Sequence record: OQ992562.1
Length of the DNA stretch: 64,000 nucleotides
Direction: 5' to 3' (one strand)
In this document: in pieces, positions 34,679 to 45,751 of the stretch
Layout: each line of letters begins with the position of its first letter
Position numbering within the stretch: the stretch's first letter is position 1
Position numbers and translations under genes: made by a program
Notes under the pieces: generated by a model
The model's input: only the letters and a program-made list of their open reading frames with translations
Databases searched by the model: none
What the model was told of the DNA's origin: nothing

Positions 34679-35242
34679 ATGCTTAAGCTTCCAGCGAGTG
34701 ATGAGCCATTTCGGGTACTAGCATTAGACCCTGGTTCACAAAACCTCGGCATAGCTATTCTGGAAGATAAGTTGGATGGAAGTAATAAGGTGGTACGTAA
34801 TGCATTTACCTGCCACCTTAAAGATACAAATCCGGCATATGCTGCCATCTCCGAGGTTCATGGTAGTAGATTTACTAGAATGCAGCAAATGAGTGATGTG
34901 GTACTAAATATACTACATACTGAAAAACCACATGCAGTTATTGTAGAGTCTAACTATCTTGGTAAGTTTGCCCAAAGCTTCGCTGTACTTGTAGAATGTG
35001 TGACCTATGTACATAGAGCATTATACGAGTATGATAGATTTATACCTTTATACATGATTGATCCTACTACAGTTAAAATCAATGCGGGTATGAAAAAAGT
35101 AAAGGGTACTACTAAAGATGATGTTAAAGAAGCAATGCGTTCTCGTACTGACATCACATGGAACATCGATATAGATAGTCTAGATGACCACTCTATGGAT
35201 GCTTGTGCGATAGCTTACTACTACCTTACTAGGATTGTTTAA
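34679..35242 (+). CDS. ruvC: RuvC-like Holliday junction resolvase
   Basis: VLALDPGSQNLGIA, VIVES, DPTTVK, DDHSMDACAIA catalytic motifs. Confidence 0.9.
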   Translation: MLKLPASDEPFRVLALDPGSQNLGIAILEDKLDGSNKVVRNAFTCHLKDTNPAYAAISEVHGSRFTRMQQMSDVVLNILHTEKPHAVIVESNYLGKFAQSFAVLVECVTYVHRALYEYDRFIPLYMIDPTTVKINAGMKKVKGTTKDDVKEAMRSRTDITWNIDIDSLDDHSMDACAIAYYYLTRIV

Positions 35243-35257
35243 CAATTCGAGGTAACA

Positions 35258-35764
35258 ATGTTCCTATTAGCAGGTATACGAAAAATAATTGGTAGCGTGC
35301 CATTGCATATATGGTTACTATTAGTTATTCTGATAGGTGCCTTAATTGGTATCATATATTACAAAAATAGTTATGAGACGGAACTTGTTCGCTCTACAGA
35401 TTTAATTGGAAAAATTAAATCTTATGAAGCGGCAGAAAAGGTTAGGATTGAATCAGATCGTATCTCCGATAAAATTCAAGCTGAACTAATTACTAAAAAG
35501 AAAGAGATACAAAAAGAGCAGGCGCAATCACGCACTGAGGTGATTGATGAGTACATTAGTTTATCAGGTCGTGGATATACTCCACCTGTATGGCCTGAGG
35601 TTAAAGCTAAAACAACTAATGGGGAAAGCACCACTACTGAGATTAAACATGAAACTGACACAAAAAAAGATAACATTAATAAGTCTATTAATGCTATTGC
35701 TAAACGGATGTACGAGCACTACTGTGCCGCCTCCCGTGAAAATACCAGTTGCAATCCCAAGTAG
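35258..35764 (+). CDS. Putative inner-membrane spanin (i-spanin)
   Basis: N-terminal TM (HIWLLLVILIGALIGIIYY), coiled coil, two C-terminal Cys; overlaps lipoprotein gene. Confidence 0.7.
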   Translation: MFLLAGIRKIIGSVPLHIWLLLVILIGALIGIIYYKNSYETELVRSTDLIGKIKSYEAAEKVRIESDRISDKIQAELITKKKEIQKEQAQSRTEVIDEYISLSGRGYTPPVWPEVKAKTTNGESTTTEIKHETDTKKDNINKSINAIAKRMYEHYCAASRENTSCNPK

Positions 35765-36011
35765 TTTACTTCTCCCTTGCGATGTGGAAGCCCCACCTAC
35801 AGCTAATGAGATCATCAATGCATTAGATAGATATAAAGCTGTTGGGGTTACTGATGAGAATGAAGCACGTTTCTTACTTATGACCGAACATTGGCTTTTA
35901 CAAACTGATGCACTTGGACTATGTAATATCCAAGTAGACAAATTGCGTGAATGGAACGAACGTCAACGTAATTTGGAGAATAGTCATGACCCTAGAGGAC
36001 GTTCTGATTGA
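35649..36011 (+). CDS. Putative outer-membrane spanin lipoprotein (o-spanin)
   Basis: Start moved to ATG 35649: MKLTQKKITLISLLMLLLNG-C lipobox; Pro-rich VPPPVKIP; LLLPC; overlaps i-spanin in +1 frame. Confidence 0.75.
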   Translation: MKLTQKKITLISLLMLLLNGCTSTTVPPPVKIPVAIPSSLLLPCDVEAPPTANEIINALDRYKAVGVTDENEARFLLMTEHWLLQTDALGLCNIQVDKLREWNERQRNLENSHDPRGRSD

Positions 36012-36381
36012 GATCGATGGTAATCCTTTATCTTCTTCTAAAGACTATGGAAAGAAGATACGTACCTATTTGAATAGTGTATTGGAAAAGGAACAACGTA
36101 TAAATCTAAGTATAACTGGTGAGGAAGTACTTAGTCTAATTTATGCTATTACCGATTCAGATCTTCAATATAAAATTCTCAGCCGGGAAATTGCTGAAGT
36201 GAAGGCTAAAGATTCTTACCGTAATGCGGTATTGGTATTAGCTGGTGGCGTTACTCTTATTGGGGCATCAGTATCTACTATGGTAGTTTTATCTGGTGCA
36301 CCTATGTCAGAAGAAAGTGCCAATGTGTTAAAGACTATTGTGCAAGGTACCTTTGAATTAATAAAGATGCTTATGCAATAA
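35986..36381 (+). CDS. Membrane protein, holin candidate
   Basis: Start moved to ATG 35986; C-terminal hydrophobic AVLVLAGGVTLIGASVSTMVVLSG plus amphipathic helix; inside lysis cassette. Confidence 0.45.
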   Translation: MTLEDVLIEIDGNPLSSSKDYGKKIRTYLNSVLEKEQRINLSITGEEVLSLIYAITDSDLQYKILSREIAEVKAKDSYRNAVLVLAGGVTLIGASVSTMVVLSGAPMSEESANVLKTIVQGTFELIKMLMQ

Positions 36382-36391
36382 AAACTATAAT

Positions 36392-36416
36392 AGCCTTCCT
36401 CTTGAAGAGGAAGGCT
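36392..36416 (+). terminator. Stem-loop terminator
   Basis: AGCCTTCCTCT-TGA-AGAGGAAGGCT. Confidence 0.75.
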
Positions 36417-36463
36417 TTATAATGCTATGTGGATTAAACATTTTACCACTATAGAGGTTTGAC

Positions 36464-36997
36464 ATGCAGGATATCTTTCCGTATGACATGGCATCGAGGA
36501 ATGCGCTAGTAAAACTTGCGCGGGATGATTTAAAAATAAACTTCAAACCAGAAACAGTTACATTTGAAGATATGTTTTTTAGTCCAACCACGATTGAGCC
36601 TGGACGTACATTTATTGAAATGATCGACATCACTACTGACATTAAGTACATGTTAACTTACCGTCGGTTAGATTTTGCTGATCCACGTGCTATTGGTGAA
36701 GGATCTATCCTTAAGATAGTTGGTACTTTAACACCTAAAGCAATTGCTGAAGAAATTAACCGTTCACGAGGTTGGAAGCTTGGTCCAGATGATGTTTCAT
36801 TTGATACAACACCAATCAATGCAACTACGGATGTTGTTCCATACACGATAGTAGCTATGTCGAGTAGCTATGCTTACTATGGTGAATGTAATATACTAAT
36901 CCAACGTATTGATGATACGTCAGATACTATCCGACTATTAGAGAATGGTGCAGCACGTTATCTAGAAAATGGTCAAATCCGTTATCTAGAAAGTTAA
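36464..36997 (+). CDS. Virion structural protein with C-terminal RYLENG repeats (gp143-like)
   Basis: GAGGT RBS; LTYRRLDF family motif; ends TIRLLENGAARYLENGQIRYLES. Confidence 0.75.
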   Translation: MQDIFPYDMASRNALVKLARDDLKINFKPETVTFEDMFFSPTTIEPGRTFIEMIDITTDIKYMLTYRRLDFADPRAIGEGSILKIVGTLTPKAIAEEINRSRGWKLGPDDVSFDTTPINATTDVVPYTIVAMSSSYAYYGECNILIQRIDDTSDTIRLLENGAARYLENGQIRYLES

Positions 36998-37009
36998 GTA
37001 ATACCCTCA

Positions 37010-37841
<832 letters not shown>

Positions 37842-37924
37842 GATGTAGCAATAGAATGGAGTCTATGGTATCATGTGAAACTTCCCCTCATGATAAACCA
37901 CATCTTGTGTCAATGTAACTTTTT

Positions 37925-37944
37925 GAGAGTCCTTCGGGACTCTC
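37925..37944 (+). terminator. Terminator
   Basis: GAGAGTCC-TTCG-GGACTCTC-TTATG. Confidence 0.8.
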
Positions 37945-38046
37945 TTATGTTGTTAAAATATTACTCATTAGCAATAGTACATTACTGTATGAGTCTTCTT
38001 CGAAAGACTAACATGTTAGTGTTTCTTATACAGCAAGGAAATAAAA

Positions 38047-40416
38047 ATGGCAAATGCTACAGACAAAGGCAAGATCAGTCAACTGCCGGATCTAGCTACT
38101 CTTAACGATAGCGAGTATATTGAATTAATTCATACCGATGCAGCTGGTCAAGTCGATAACTATAAGTTTCTGCTGTCAAAACTACAGACTGGGGCACCCG
38201 GTCTTAGTGCGTACGAGATTGCCGTTAAAAATGGTTTCCAGGGAACTGAAACCGAATGGCTTGATTCGCTTAAAGGTAAATCTTCTTATCAAATCGCAGT
38301 CGATCTAGGCTTCGTTGGTACTGAAGAAGAGTTTATAGCATCCCTTAAAGGTGATGCTGGTAAGAGTGCATATGAAGTAGCTGTGGAAAATGGTTTCCAA
38401 GGTACTGAACAGGAATGGTTAACATCACTGCATGCAACCATGACTGCTGAACTACTCCAGACACTCTTAAATCAACAAGGCTATACAGTTAAAGATGTAC
38501 TGCGTGTAACTGGTAAGAATGGTGGATTATCATCCAACGCTGCTTTCCATAACTTTGCTTTCCTGTTTGATAAGCGCCTAAATCAAGATGACTTAACCGC
38601 TGGTGATAAAGTACCACAGCGTATGATGGAACAAGGCCGTATGGAAGCAGAAGGTTATTCTTATCTAAAGAACGCCTCTGCACCCACTACGCAAGGTGCA
38701 TTACCCGAATTACCTGAGTCTGAAATTCGTATTTACGACAATGGTGAATTCCAGATTGGTAGTTTAACTGATTACATTGCATTCAAGAATGACGGCAATA
38801 TCCGTATTGTTGAAGGCGCTGATGAATCAACTGTTGATCTTAAGAACCTTCCTAAAAATGAAGGTATTAGTGGCGGTGTATTCGTCAAAGATGTACAAGC
38901 AACTGACCCCAGTCAGAACGTAGGTAGTATTGTGCGTACCCCCGATGGGCACAGCGTACAGTCATGCCTATCAACTACTAGTAATGTTCGAGTTATCGTT
39001 GATGCAATAACTGGACATTCTAGTTATGTACCTAGTGTTAAAATCAATAACATAGATGCAGTTGTAACTCCTGGCGTTAATCCACCTATGTGGATTGCTA
39101 CTGCCGATATTGATCTTGGTGCACCCACTACTGAAGGTTATGCTGATATTGTTGTAGAACACGCTGATGGGGCTAAATTCACTACTAAGGTATTAGCCGA
39201 TACTCCCGCTAATATTACTAGTGCTGTATTTACTGGCGGTTATCCGTTAGGTCAAACAGAACTTAAAGAAGATGACCTTGTTGCAATTAAAGTAGTTACT
39301 GATGAAAATATAGTAGCATACGAAATTGCTGACTTTGGTGCACTGAAAGAAAGTAGTGGTACTGTTGCACCTACTAAAGAACTAGAGGTTACTGGTCTTT
39401 ACGTAGCTGACCGTGGTAATACTACTAAGGCATATGGTTTCCGTGTACGTGTTCAGAAATCCACTGGTTCATGGTCAGAATGGTTTACTTCCAGTGATGC
39501 TGGTTCCGAAGATAAAATTAACACCATGCAGTTAAACGATCTTCGCCCAGTTGTTAATATTGGTCAAGTAACTTATCCGTCTGGTCAAAGTGCTATTAAA
39601 GTAGGTGAAACTGCTACTGTAGCCAATACAGTATCTAATGCTGATAGTGTGGTTTATTCCTCACCAAATGATCAGCTCACTATAACCAGTGCAAATGAAG
39701 CAGAAATTGCTAAGGTAGTTACTTATAAGTCTGGTACTTATAACGACAGCACTAATAACCTATTAATTACTGCTAAACGTGCAGCTAATGGTAGTGTAGC
39801 TACGGCTACTGCTGTTGTAGCTATTGCAAATGCGGCTCCTACTGCAACGGTTACCTATCCAGCAGCTCGCCTTCGCTCAGGTGGTAACTTTGGAACCCAA
39901 GTACAAAGTCATGTCATTACTTTAACCTCTACTCAGAAACTAAGTGCAGCTCCGGCCATGAATGCGCCTGGCGGTAAGTGGGCTACTGAGGATTGGAAAT
40001 CTGACGCCACTGGTAAGGTATGGACACGTGCGTTACTAGTACATGACGATGATCCTAAAGGAACCTACGATTTTAACAGTGTGGTTCTAAAAGGTTTAGC
40101 TGGTGTTGAAGCTAATAGTGTAAATGGTGGTACTTACGTACTAGGTGGATTTGTATTCCGCACTCTAAGTGTGGCTGCTTGGCCGAACCGTGAAACTGAT
40201 ATTGGTACTGAAGTAACCAATACTGGTAAACTACGTTGCAGTAACCTATCTAAAGGTTCTACTGGTAGCTTAAACTTCACTTATAAGGCGGATGATGCAA
40301 ATCAAGTTGACACCTACACCATCAAGGATGGCAATAAGTGGTATAACTGTGACTCAGCAAACGCTGTGTCCAACACCACTGGACTGATGAAAATCGAACT
40401 TGAGGAAGTAGTATAA
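38047..40416 (+). CDS. Fibre/structural protein (gp145-like)
   Basis: N-terminal KISQLP module; three G(L/K)S(A/S)Y(E/Q)xAVxxGFxGTExE(W/F)xxSL repeats; Ig-like beta-rich body. Confidence 0.8.
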   Translation: MANATDKGKISQLPDLATLNDSEYIELIHTDAAGQVDNYKFLLSKLQTGAPGLSAYEIAVKNGFQGTETEWLDSLKGKSSYQIAVDLGFVGTEEEFIASLKGDAGKSAYEVAVENGFQGTEQEWLTSLHATMTAELLQTLLNQQGYTVKDVLRVTGKNGGLSSNAAFHNFAFLFDKRLNQDDLTAGDKVPQRMMEQGRMEAEGYSYLKNASAPTTQGALPELPESEIRIYDNGEFQIGSLTDYIAFKNDGNIRIVEGADESTVDLKNLPKNEGISGGVFVKDVQATDPSQNVGSIVRTPDGHSVQSCLSTTSNVRVIVDAITGHSSYVPSVKINNIDAVVTPGVNPPMWIATADIDLGAPTTEGYADIVVEHADGAKFTTKVLADTPANITSAVFTGGYPLGQTELKEDDLVAIKVVTDENIVAYEIADFGALKESSGTVAPTKELEVTGLYVADRGNTTKAYGFRVRVQKSTGSWSEWFTSSDAGSEDKINTMQLNDLRPVVNIGQVTYPSGQSAIKVGETATVANTVSNADSVVYSSPNDQLTITSANEAEIAKVVTYKSGTYNDSTNNLLITAKRAANGSVATATAVVAIANAAPTATVTYPAARLRSGGNFGTQVQSHVITLTSTQKLSAAPAMNAPGGKWATEDWKSDATGKVWTRALLVHDDDPKGTYDFNSVVLKGLAGVEANSVNGGTYVLGGFVFRTLSVAAWPNRETDIGTEVTNTGKLRCSNLSKGSTGSLNFTYKADDANQVDTYTIKDGNKWYNCDSANAVSNTTGLMKIELEEVV

Positions 40417-43400
40417 TGGCTTCTGCATTTGAAGATTATGTAAACGGGGAACTCCCCAAACGGGTATCATCAATTGATGAACCCACTTCTGTAGTTAATG
40501 GACACATCCCGGTTTCTACCGGGGTGGGTCTTAATACCACTTTCGTTGATCCTGTTACTATACCTGGATTAAAGGGTGAAGATGGTCAGCCGGGTAAAGA
40601 TGGCGATCAAGGTCCCCCTGGCCCAGTTGGTCCGGCTATTAACATTATCGCTAATGTTGATCTAGCAACATTCGAACAAGATATTAAACCATTAGATACG
40701 CATAATGTCGGTGATGCTTGGTTCGTTGAAGATCGGCTATGGGTATGGGAATCACCGCTAGGTAATGAAGATCCCCCTGTAAAAGGTCGTTGGGTTGAAA
40801 CAGGTTCACTTCGTGGTCCAGATGGTACTGGTCTGGTTATCCGTGGTCGTTGGCCTAATAACTTAGAATTACCTAAGACTGAAAGTAATAAACCTGGAGA
40901 TGCTTACTCATGGAATAATCAACTCTGGGCGTGGATGCTTATCTCAGGTAATAATCCGCCAGAGAATCCAACTATTGATGACTATGATTGGTTCCCAGTT
41001 ACACCACAGGGTGAACGTGGACCTGAGGGCCCTGAAGGTCCGCAAGGTAAAGATGGTGAAATTGGTCCTGAAGGTCCTCAGGGTGAACCAGCAATGCCGT
41101 TTACCATTAAGGATTCACTACCATCACCAGCTGATTTACCTGATCCATCTGTAGCTAAAGAATCAGAAGCATACTTAGTTACTATGGAAGCTGGTAAACC
41201 AGAACATCTATTCATCTTTGTAAAAGGGGCATGGTCAGACCTAGGTACTTTCCAAGGCCCTGAGGGCCCACAAGGTAAACCAGGTAATACAGGTGATCCG
41301 GGTCCCGATGGTAAACAAGGTGAACCTGGTCCACAAGGTCGTAACTTAGAAGTAGTTAAAGCAGTTGAAACTGCTGATGATCTATTAACCACCACTGGTG
41401 TAGAACAATACCAAGGTGTTTCAGTACGTTCCACCAATACGGTTTATGTACTGACTGGCCAAGATCCGACTGTTGATATCTCATGGACAGCCATGGGTTC
41501 ATTCCGTGGCCCGCAGGGCCCTGAAGGTCCGCAAGGTGAAGATGGCGAACAAGGTCTACCTGGTGAACCAGGGGCACAAGGTAAATCGGCTTTCCAAGTA
41601 GCATTGGACAATGGCTTCACTGGTACTGAGGGTGAATGGTTAATCAGTCTACATGGTAAGAACGTAGTTATTACTGGTGCTGTTGCCAATGAGGCAGCCC
41701 TGCCGGCAGATGCTCCTGATCAGGCAGCGTACTTCACACAAGACACATCTACCTTATTTGTTAAGATAGATGGTAATTGGGTAAATAGTGGTACACATCG
41801 AGGTCCTAAAGGTGAAGATGGCGCACCTGGTAAAGACGGTGATCAGGGACCAGAAGGACCCGAGGGACCAGAAGGCCCACAAGGTCCCGCTGGTGAACCT
41901 ATCCAGATCATCGCAGCGATTGACACTCCTGAAGATACCCCACCAGAAGCACTTGCCGATAACCAATGGAAAGCATATACTGTTAAGTCCACGGGCGAAG
42001 TATTTGTTAACATGGACGGTAGTCGCTGGACTAGCATTGGTATTATGGCAGGTCCGCAAGGTAAACCGGGTGAAGGTTTAAACATTAAAGGTGTTTTAAC
42101 CGATGCTTCACAACTACCAAAGAAAGACACTGATCCTGACTTAGTAACTGGTGATTCATACTGGGTTGAAACTAACGAAGGTACAATGCTCTATACTTAC
42201 CAAGGTCAGGAAATTGATGGCTATATCGGCCCAATTAATCTAAATGGTGAGCAGGGTATCCAGGGTGTCGAAGGCCCACAAGGTCCTGAAGGTAAACAAG
42301 GTGGTGGTCTATTAATTATCTATGTTGGTGATGATGCTGGTAAACCAGTAGCATCTGCTGATAACGTAGGTAAAGGTATTGCCATTCGCACCAATACTGA
42401 AGGACAAGTAGAAGTATTTGTAAGTATCGATACTGAAGGTACATTTACTTGGGAAAGCCTAGGTGTCTTAGCCATGGGTCCGCAGGGTCCTGAAGGCCCT
42501 GAGGGCAAACAAGGTGTTCCAGGTATCCCTGGTAAAACCGGTCAGAAAGGTGAACGTGGATCCTCTTGGGTAATTCTACCTGAAGGTCAAACTGCACCCA
42601 CTTCTATCGATGGTAATCGTGGTGACTGGTGTATCGACAAAACTGGTACCGTTTGGTATAAAGATGCTAACTGGGTTGTATTCTACAAATTAATGTCAGT
42701 TCCAGTTAGTGAAGTCGATCCAGAAGATGTCGATAAGAAAATGGTTCGGTACAAACTCGGTTGGACTGAACTACCTGTTGATGAGGTGGTAGATGCTGAA
42801 GTAGGTGTCTTCTATGGTCGCCGTAAAGCAACCGCTGACGGGGCTGTTGAATGGACTGCTATTGAATTACCAACACCTGCCATTGATGCTGTACCTAGTC
42901 CAGTTGTTAATGCACAATACGTTCGTAAAGGTATTGCAGGGGGTGAAACTGAATGGGCTACCATTACATTCCCAGAAATTCCTTCAGATGTAGTACGCGA
43001 TACTGCACAAGCTACTAAGCCTCAAGGTCGTGTAGCTGGTAACTGGGTTGATGTAGCACCTCTGCAAACCGATGATACTCTAATGGGTATGCAAAATGGT
43101 GAATGGGTAGCTGTACCAGCCGCAGTTATTGGTGAAGTACCTAGTGAAGGTGCTAATGGCACTAACTATGTACGTGAGAAAACAGCTAGTGGTTCTAAAT
43201 GGACACCTGTAACTATTATAGTTGATCAAGCTGATGCTACTAGTGGACAACTATTCCTACGTAATGCTGTGGCTAAATCATGGACTCTATTCCAAGGGCC
43301 GAATAATGATGTAACCGCTGATGGTGATTGGCTACGTAGCCGTACTGGTACTAATATTACTTGGAAGAAGCTAGATAAATCATTCGATGCATATAGCCTA

Positions 43401-43697
43401 AAATCAAGTACATTCACTGGTACAGCTTTAACTCTAACACCAGCTAACCAACAGTGCTATAGGGTTCAAACTGCTGCTAACCAAACCATTACACTAGAGA
43501 ATGGACCTGTTGATCGTATGATCACAGCTGTTCTTGTATTGCTTGGTAAGGTAGCTATGCCAACACTTTCTAGTGCAGTGTTACAATGGAACAATGGTAC
43601 TCCAGTAATAGTAGATGACCTAGGTGATACTAAAACAGTTCTTACCCTCTTATGGGATGGTACTAACTGGATAGTTTCCAAAGGTGCTGTTATTTAA
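40416..43697 (+). CDS. Collagen-like fibre protein (gp146-like)
   Basis: Multiple Gly-X-Y tracts alternating with small globular repeats; foldon-like YxR..W repeats; C-terminal LLWDGTNW domain. Confidence 0.85.
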   Translation: MASAFEDYVNGELPKRVSSIDEPTSVVNGHIPVSTGVGLNTTFVDPVTIPGLKGEDGQPGKDGDQGPPGPVGPAINIIANVDLATFEQDIKPLDTHNVGDAWFVEDRLWVWESPLGNEDPPVKGRWVETGSLRGPDGTGLVIRGRWPNNLELPKTESNKPGDAYSWNNQLWAWMLISGNNPPENPTIDDYDWFPVTPQGERGPEGPEGPQGKDGEIGPEGPQGEPAMPFTIKDSLPSPADLPDPSVAKESEAYLVTMEAGKPEHLFIFVKGAWSDLGTFQGPEGPQGKPGNTGDPGPDGKQGEPGPQGRNLEVVKAVETADDLLTTTGVEQYQGVSVRSTNTVYVLTGQDPTVDISWTAMGSFRGPQGPEGPQGEDGEQGLPGEPGAQGKSAFQVALDNGFTGTEGEWLISLHGKNVVITGAVANEAALPADAPDQAAYFTQDTSTLFVKIDGNWVNSGTHRGPKGEDGAPGKDGDQGPEGPEGPEGPQGPAGEPIQIIAAIDTPEDTPPEALADNQWKAYTVKSTGEVFVNMDGSRWTSIGIMAGPQGKPGEGLNIKGVLTDASQLPKKDTDPDLVTGDSYWVETNEGTMLYTYQGQEIDGYIGPINLNGEQGIQGVEGPQGPEGKQGGGLLIIYVGDDAGKPVASADNVGKGIAIRTNTEGQVEVFVSIDTEGTFTWESLGVLAMGPQGPEGPEGKQGVPGIPGKTGQKGERGSSWVILPEGQTAPTSIDGNRGDWCIDKTGTVWYKDANWVVFYKLMSVPVSEVDPEDVDKKMVRYKLGWTELPVDEVVDAEVGVFYGRRKATADGAVEWTAIELPTPAIDAVPSPVVNAQYVRKGIAGGETEWATITFPEIPSDVVRDTAQATKPQGRVAGNWVDVAPLQTDDTLMGMQNGEWVAVPAAVIGEVPSEGANGTNYVREKTASGSKWTPVTIIVDQADATSGQLFLRNAVAKSWTLFQGPNNDVTADGDWLRSRTGTNITWKKLDKSFDAYSLKSSTFTGTALTLTPANQQCYRVQTAANQTITLENGPVDRMITAVLVLLGKVAMPTLSSAVLQWNNGTPVIVDDLGDTKTVLTLLWDGTNWIVSKGAVI

Positions 43698-43708
43698 AAC
43701 GACATATT

Positions 43709-43728
43709 GCCCTCCCTTCGGGGAGGGC
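43709..43728 (+). terminator. Terminator
   Basis: GCCCTCCC-TTCG-GGGAGGGC-TTTATTTT. Confidence 0.85.
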
Positions 43729-43796
43729 TTTATTTTGTCTTTTAAGGTTGATTCATTGTTAACCATGCCGTCATACCAGTTATATCTAAAAAAAGC

Positions 43797-43823
43797 ATAG
43801 AAAGCCCTAATAGGGCTTTCTAT
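43797..43823 (-). terminator. Terminator of minus-strand operon
   Basis: ATAGAAAGCCCT-AAT-AGGGCTTTCTAT. Confidence 0.7.
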
Positions 43824-43829
43824 TGGGTA

Positions 43830-44546
43830 TCATGGCTTAAACATGGAAAAGTATTCAGCATCGATGAAATCAAAGTCGATATTAAGTTTATGCTTTAACT
43901 GGAAATCCATGATAATAAACTGTTTATCTTCAACAGCTAATTCACTTACATCTTTCTCAAATAGCTTTGGACCAATAATAGTAAAGTCAGGCATCAACAC
44001 TTGTCCTAATTCAAGAACATGGGTTTTACACCATTCTCCAAAATTATACATAATCGCCATTGAATAGATAGAGTTTAATCTAGAACAAGTAAGGTCTGTT
44101 AATGGAGTATTAATCAGGGTGATCTGAATATGATCACCAATGTACTTATGTAAGCAGTATAGTAATTCATCTTGAGCATCTGGTGTTAATTCATATGGCC
44201 AGATATTGACTTCAAGACATGTTTCAAAATTAGCATTAACTATACCATCTAATCTATTCAAATCTGATTGGGCTATTAATTGAATAATAAATGGAATGAT
44301 ACCAGTGAATATAGAACTATTGATAGTGTCAGCAGTATTTTCACCACCACGTTTAGAATAAGCTTCGACAAATTGTTCATTAGTTACTAAACCATCTGTT
44401 AGTTTAGTCCAATCATCCATTTCCCTATGCCAGTAAATTTGACCATTGGTAACAAGCTTATTAGCTGCATCTTTATTTAGTAACCTAATGGTTCCTAACC
44501 GTGTATCTAATAGTGAGTCAAGATCAATTAAGATTTTACGAAACAT
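43830..44546 (-). CDS. HAD-like fold protein (gp147-like)
   Basis: N-terminal ILIDLDSLLDT resembles HAD motif I (DxDxxL). Confidence 0.55.
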   Translation of the reverse strand: MFRKILIDLDSLLDTRLGTIRLLNKDAANKLVTNGQIYWHREMDDWTKLTDGLVTNEQFVEAYSKRGGENTADTINSSIFTGIIPFIIQLIAQSDLNRLDGIVNANFETCLEVNIWPYELTPDAQDELLYCLHKYIGDHIQITLINTPLTDLTCSRLNSIYSMAIMYNFGEWCKTHVLELGQVLMPDFTIIGPKLFEKDVSELAVEDKQFIIMDFQLKHKLNIDFDFIDAEYFSMFKP

Positions 44547-45042
44547 TATTATTTACCGCCTTCTTTTTAGATGGCTTAGCTTGAACTGGGATAGATTCAA
44601 CCATATTAGTAATATAACGGATATTTAAACATTGGCAAATAATCCAAACTAACCAATCATTTTGGTATAAAATGTCAGTTAATTCTTTTCGTGGAATTAA
44701 TCGCGCTAACATTTCTTGGTCAACAATAGTTGAATTAGGCTGATAAGGATAAATAGAATCAGCTAGTAATTTCACCACACCATCCCAATCATTAACAGCC
44801 ATCTTAAATCGACTAACTAAACTTAAGATAGGTTGAAGACGATTACCTTTATTACGGAATAAATTCCAGATATCCCTAATAACTGTTTTATCAGCAATGT
44901 GATACCAATGAGTATTGGTACTCCAGTTATTTAGTAAATCCAAAATATCCGCAATGATTTCAGCACTGTATCCATTTACTAACTCAGTATTAGATACAAT
45001 TAAAGCTTCGCACATATCTTCATAAATCTGGCGATTATTCAT
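44536..45042 (-). CDS. Conserved hypothetical/virion protein (gp148-like)
   Basis: 168 aa in vRNAP-subunit operon. Confidence 0.7.
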   Translation of the reverse strand: MNNRQIYEDMCEALIVSNTELVNGYSAEIIADILDLLNNWSTNTHWYHIADKTVIRDIWNLFRNKGNRLQPILSLVSRFKMAVNDWDGVVKLLADSIYPYQPNSTIVDQEMLARLIPRKELTDILYQNDWLVWIICQCLNIRYITNMVESIPVQAKPSKKKAVNNNVS

Positions 45043-45044
45043 AA

Positions 45045-45719
45045 TTACACCAAGTTATTTTGTAGCATCATGCCTTTTAGATAACATGCAAATGTTTTAT
45101 TAGATTGCACAGTAGTATCATAAGTGGACATGATGGAATCAACAGAAGCACTACCAGTTTCGATAATAGAGCGGTTCATTGCATTATACGCCTTCTGGTC
45201 GCCACCACGCAGTTTCATGAATTCGATCATGGAATAACGGAGACCTTTTGAAGCGTTAACTTGAATCTCTGGTGCAGACATACGGGATCCTTTAGAATCA
45301 CCAGTTACCTGCCCTGACCTCTGGTCAATCACGTGACTAGAACCTGGAATACTTTTCTTTTTCTCAAGCATTTGTACTTGACGACGGATTGGTATTAAAC
45401 CAACTAAATGTTTATTAGCAGTTCGATATACCTGGCCAGTACCTGGATCAGTTAAAATGATGTGTTGGAATAAATTATGACCAATCGCTTTAGCAACTTT
45501 ATAATTTTGCTTAATAGTTAATTTAGGCTTAGTGCATAAGTTAGGAGCATATAATGCCAACATCTCTTCACCAGAATCTAACTTATTAATCCACTCCTCA
45601 AATTCCTCATCATTCATTCGTGCAAACATTTCTTTATAGATATCAACATTACTACTACCAGGTAGAAACATGTCAATAATCCATAGGCATTCTTTTTCTA
45701 CCAATTCTCGTTTAGTCAT
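45045..45719 (-). CDS. Virion RNA polymerase beta C-terminal fragment (phiKZ gp149-like)
   Basis: RSGQVTGDSKGSRMSAPE corresponds to RpoB P..G.A.FGGQRFGEME; EFMKLRGGD; AAGGA RBS. Confidence 0.85.
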   Translation of the reverse strand: MTKRELVEKECLWIIDMFLPGSSNVDIYKEMFARMNDEEFEEWINKLDSGEEMLALYAPNLCTKPKLTIKQNYKVAKAIGHNLFQHIILTDPGTGQVYRTANKHLVGLIPIRRQVQMLEKKKSIPGSSHVIDQRSGQVTGDSKGSRMSAPEIQVNASKGLRYSMIEFMKLRGGDQKAYNAMNRSIIETGSASVDSIMSTYDTTVQSNKTFACYLKGMMLQNNLV

Positions 45720-45751
45720 GGTAATTTCCTTTAAGGTTGTTTAACATACCA

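Noticed and set aside
37842-38105. Open frame continuing after the endolysin stop (possible second readthrough)
   Set aside because: The stop is TAA, the frame runs through the terminator, and the peptide has no motif or typical codon use.
38200-38430. Regularly spaced repeats as a possible CRISPR-like or DGR array
   Set aside because: They are protein-level repeats (SAYExAVxNGFxGTExEW) with synonymous variation. No reverse transcriptase or cas gene is present.
40900-43681. Several antisense or alternate-frame ORFs rich in GPSGP
   Set aside because: Shadows of the Gly-X-Y collagen coding pattern; no RBS.
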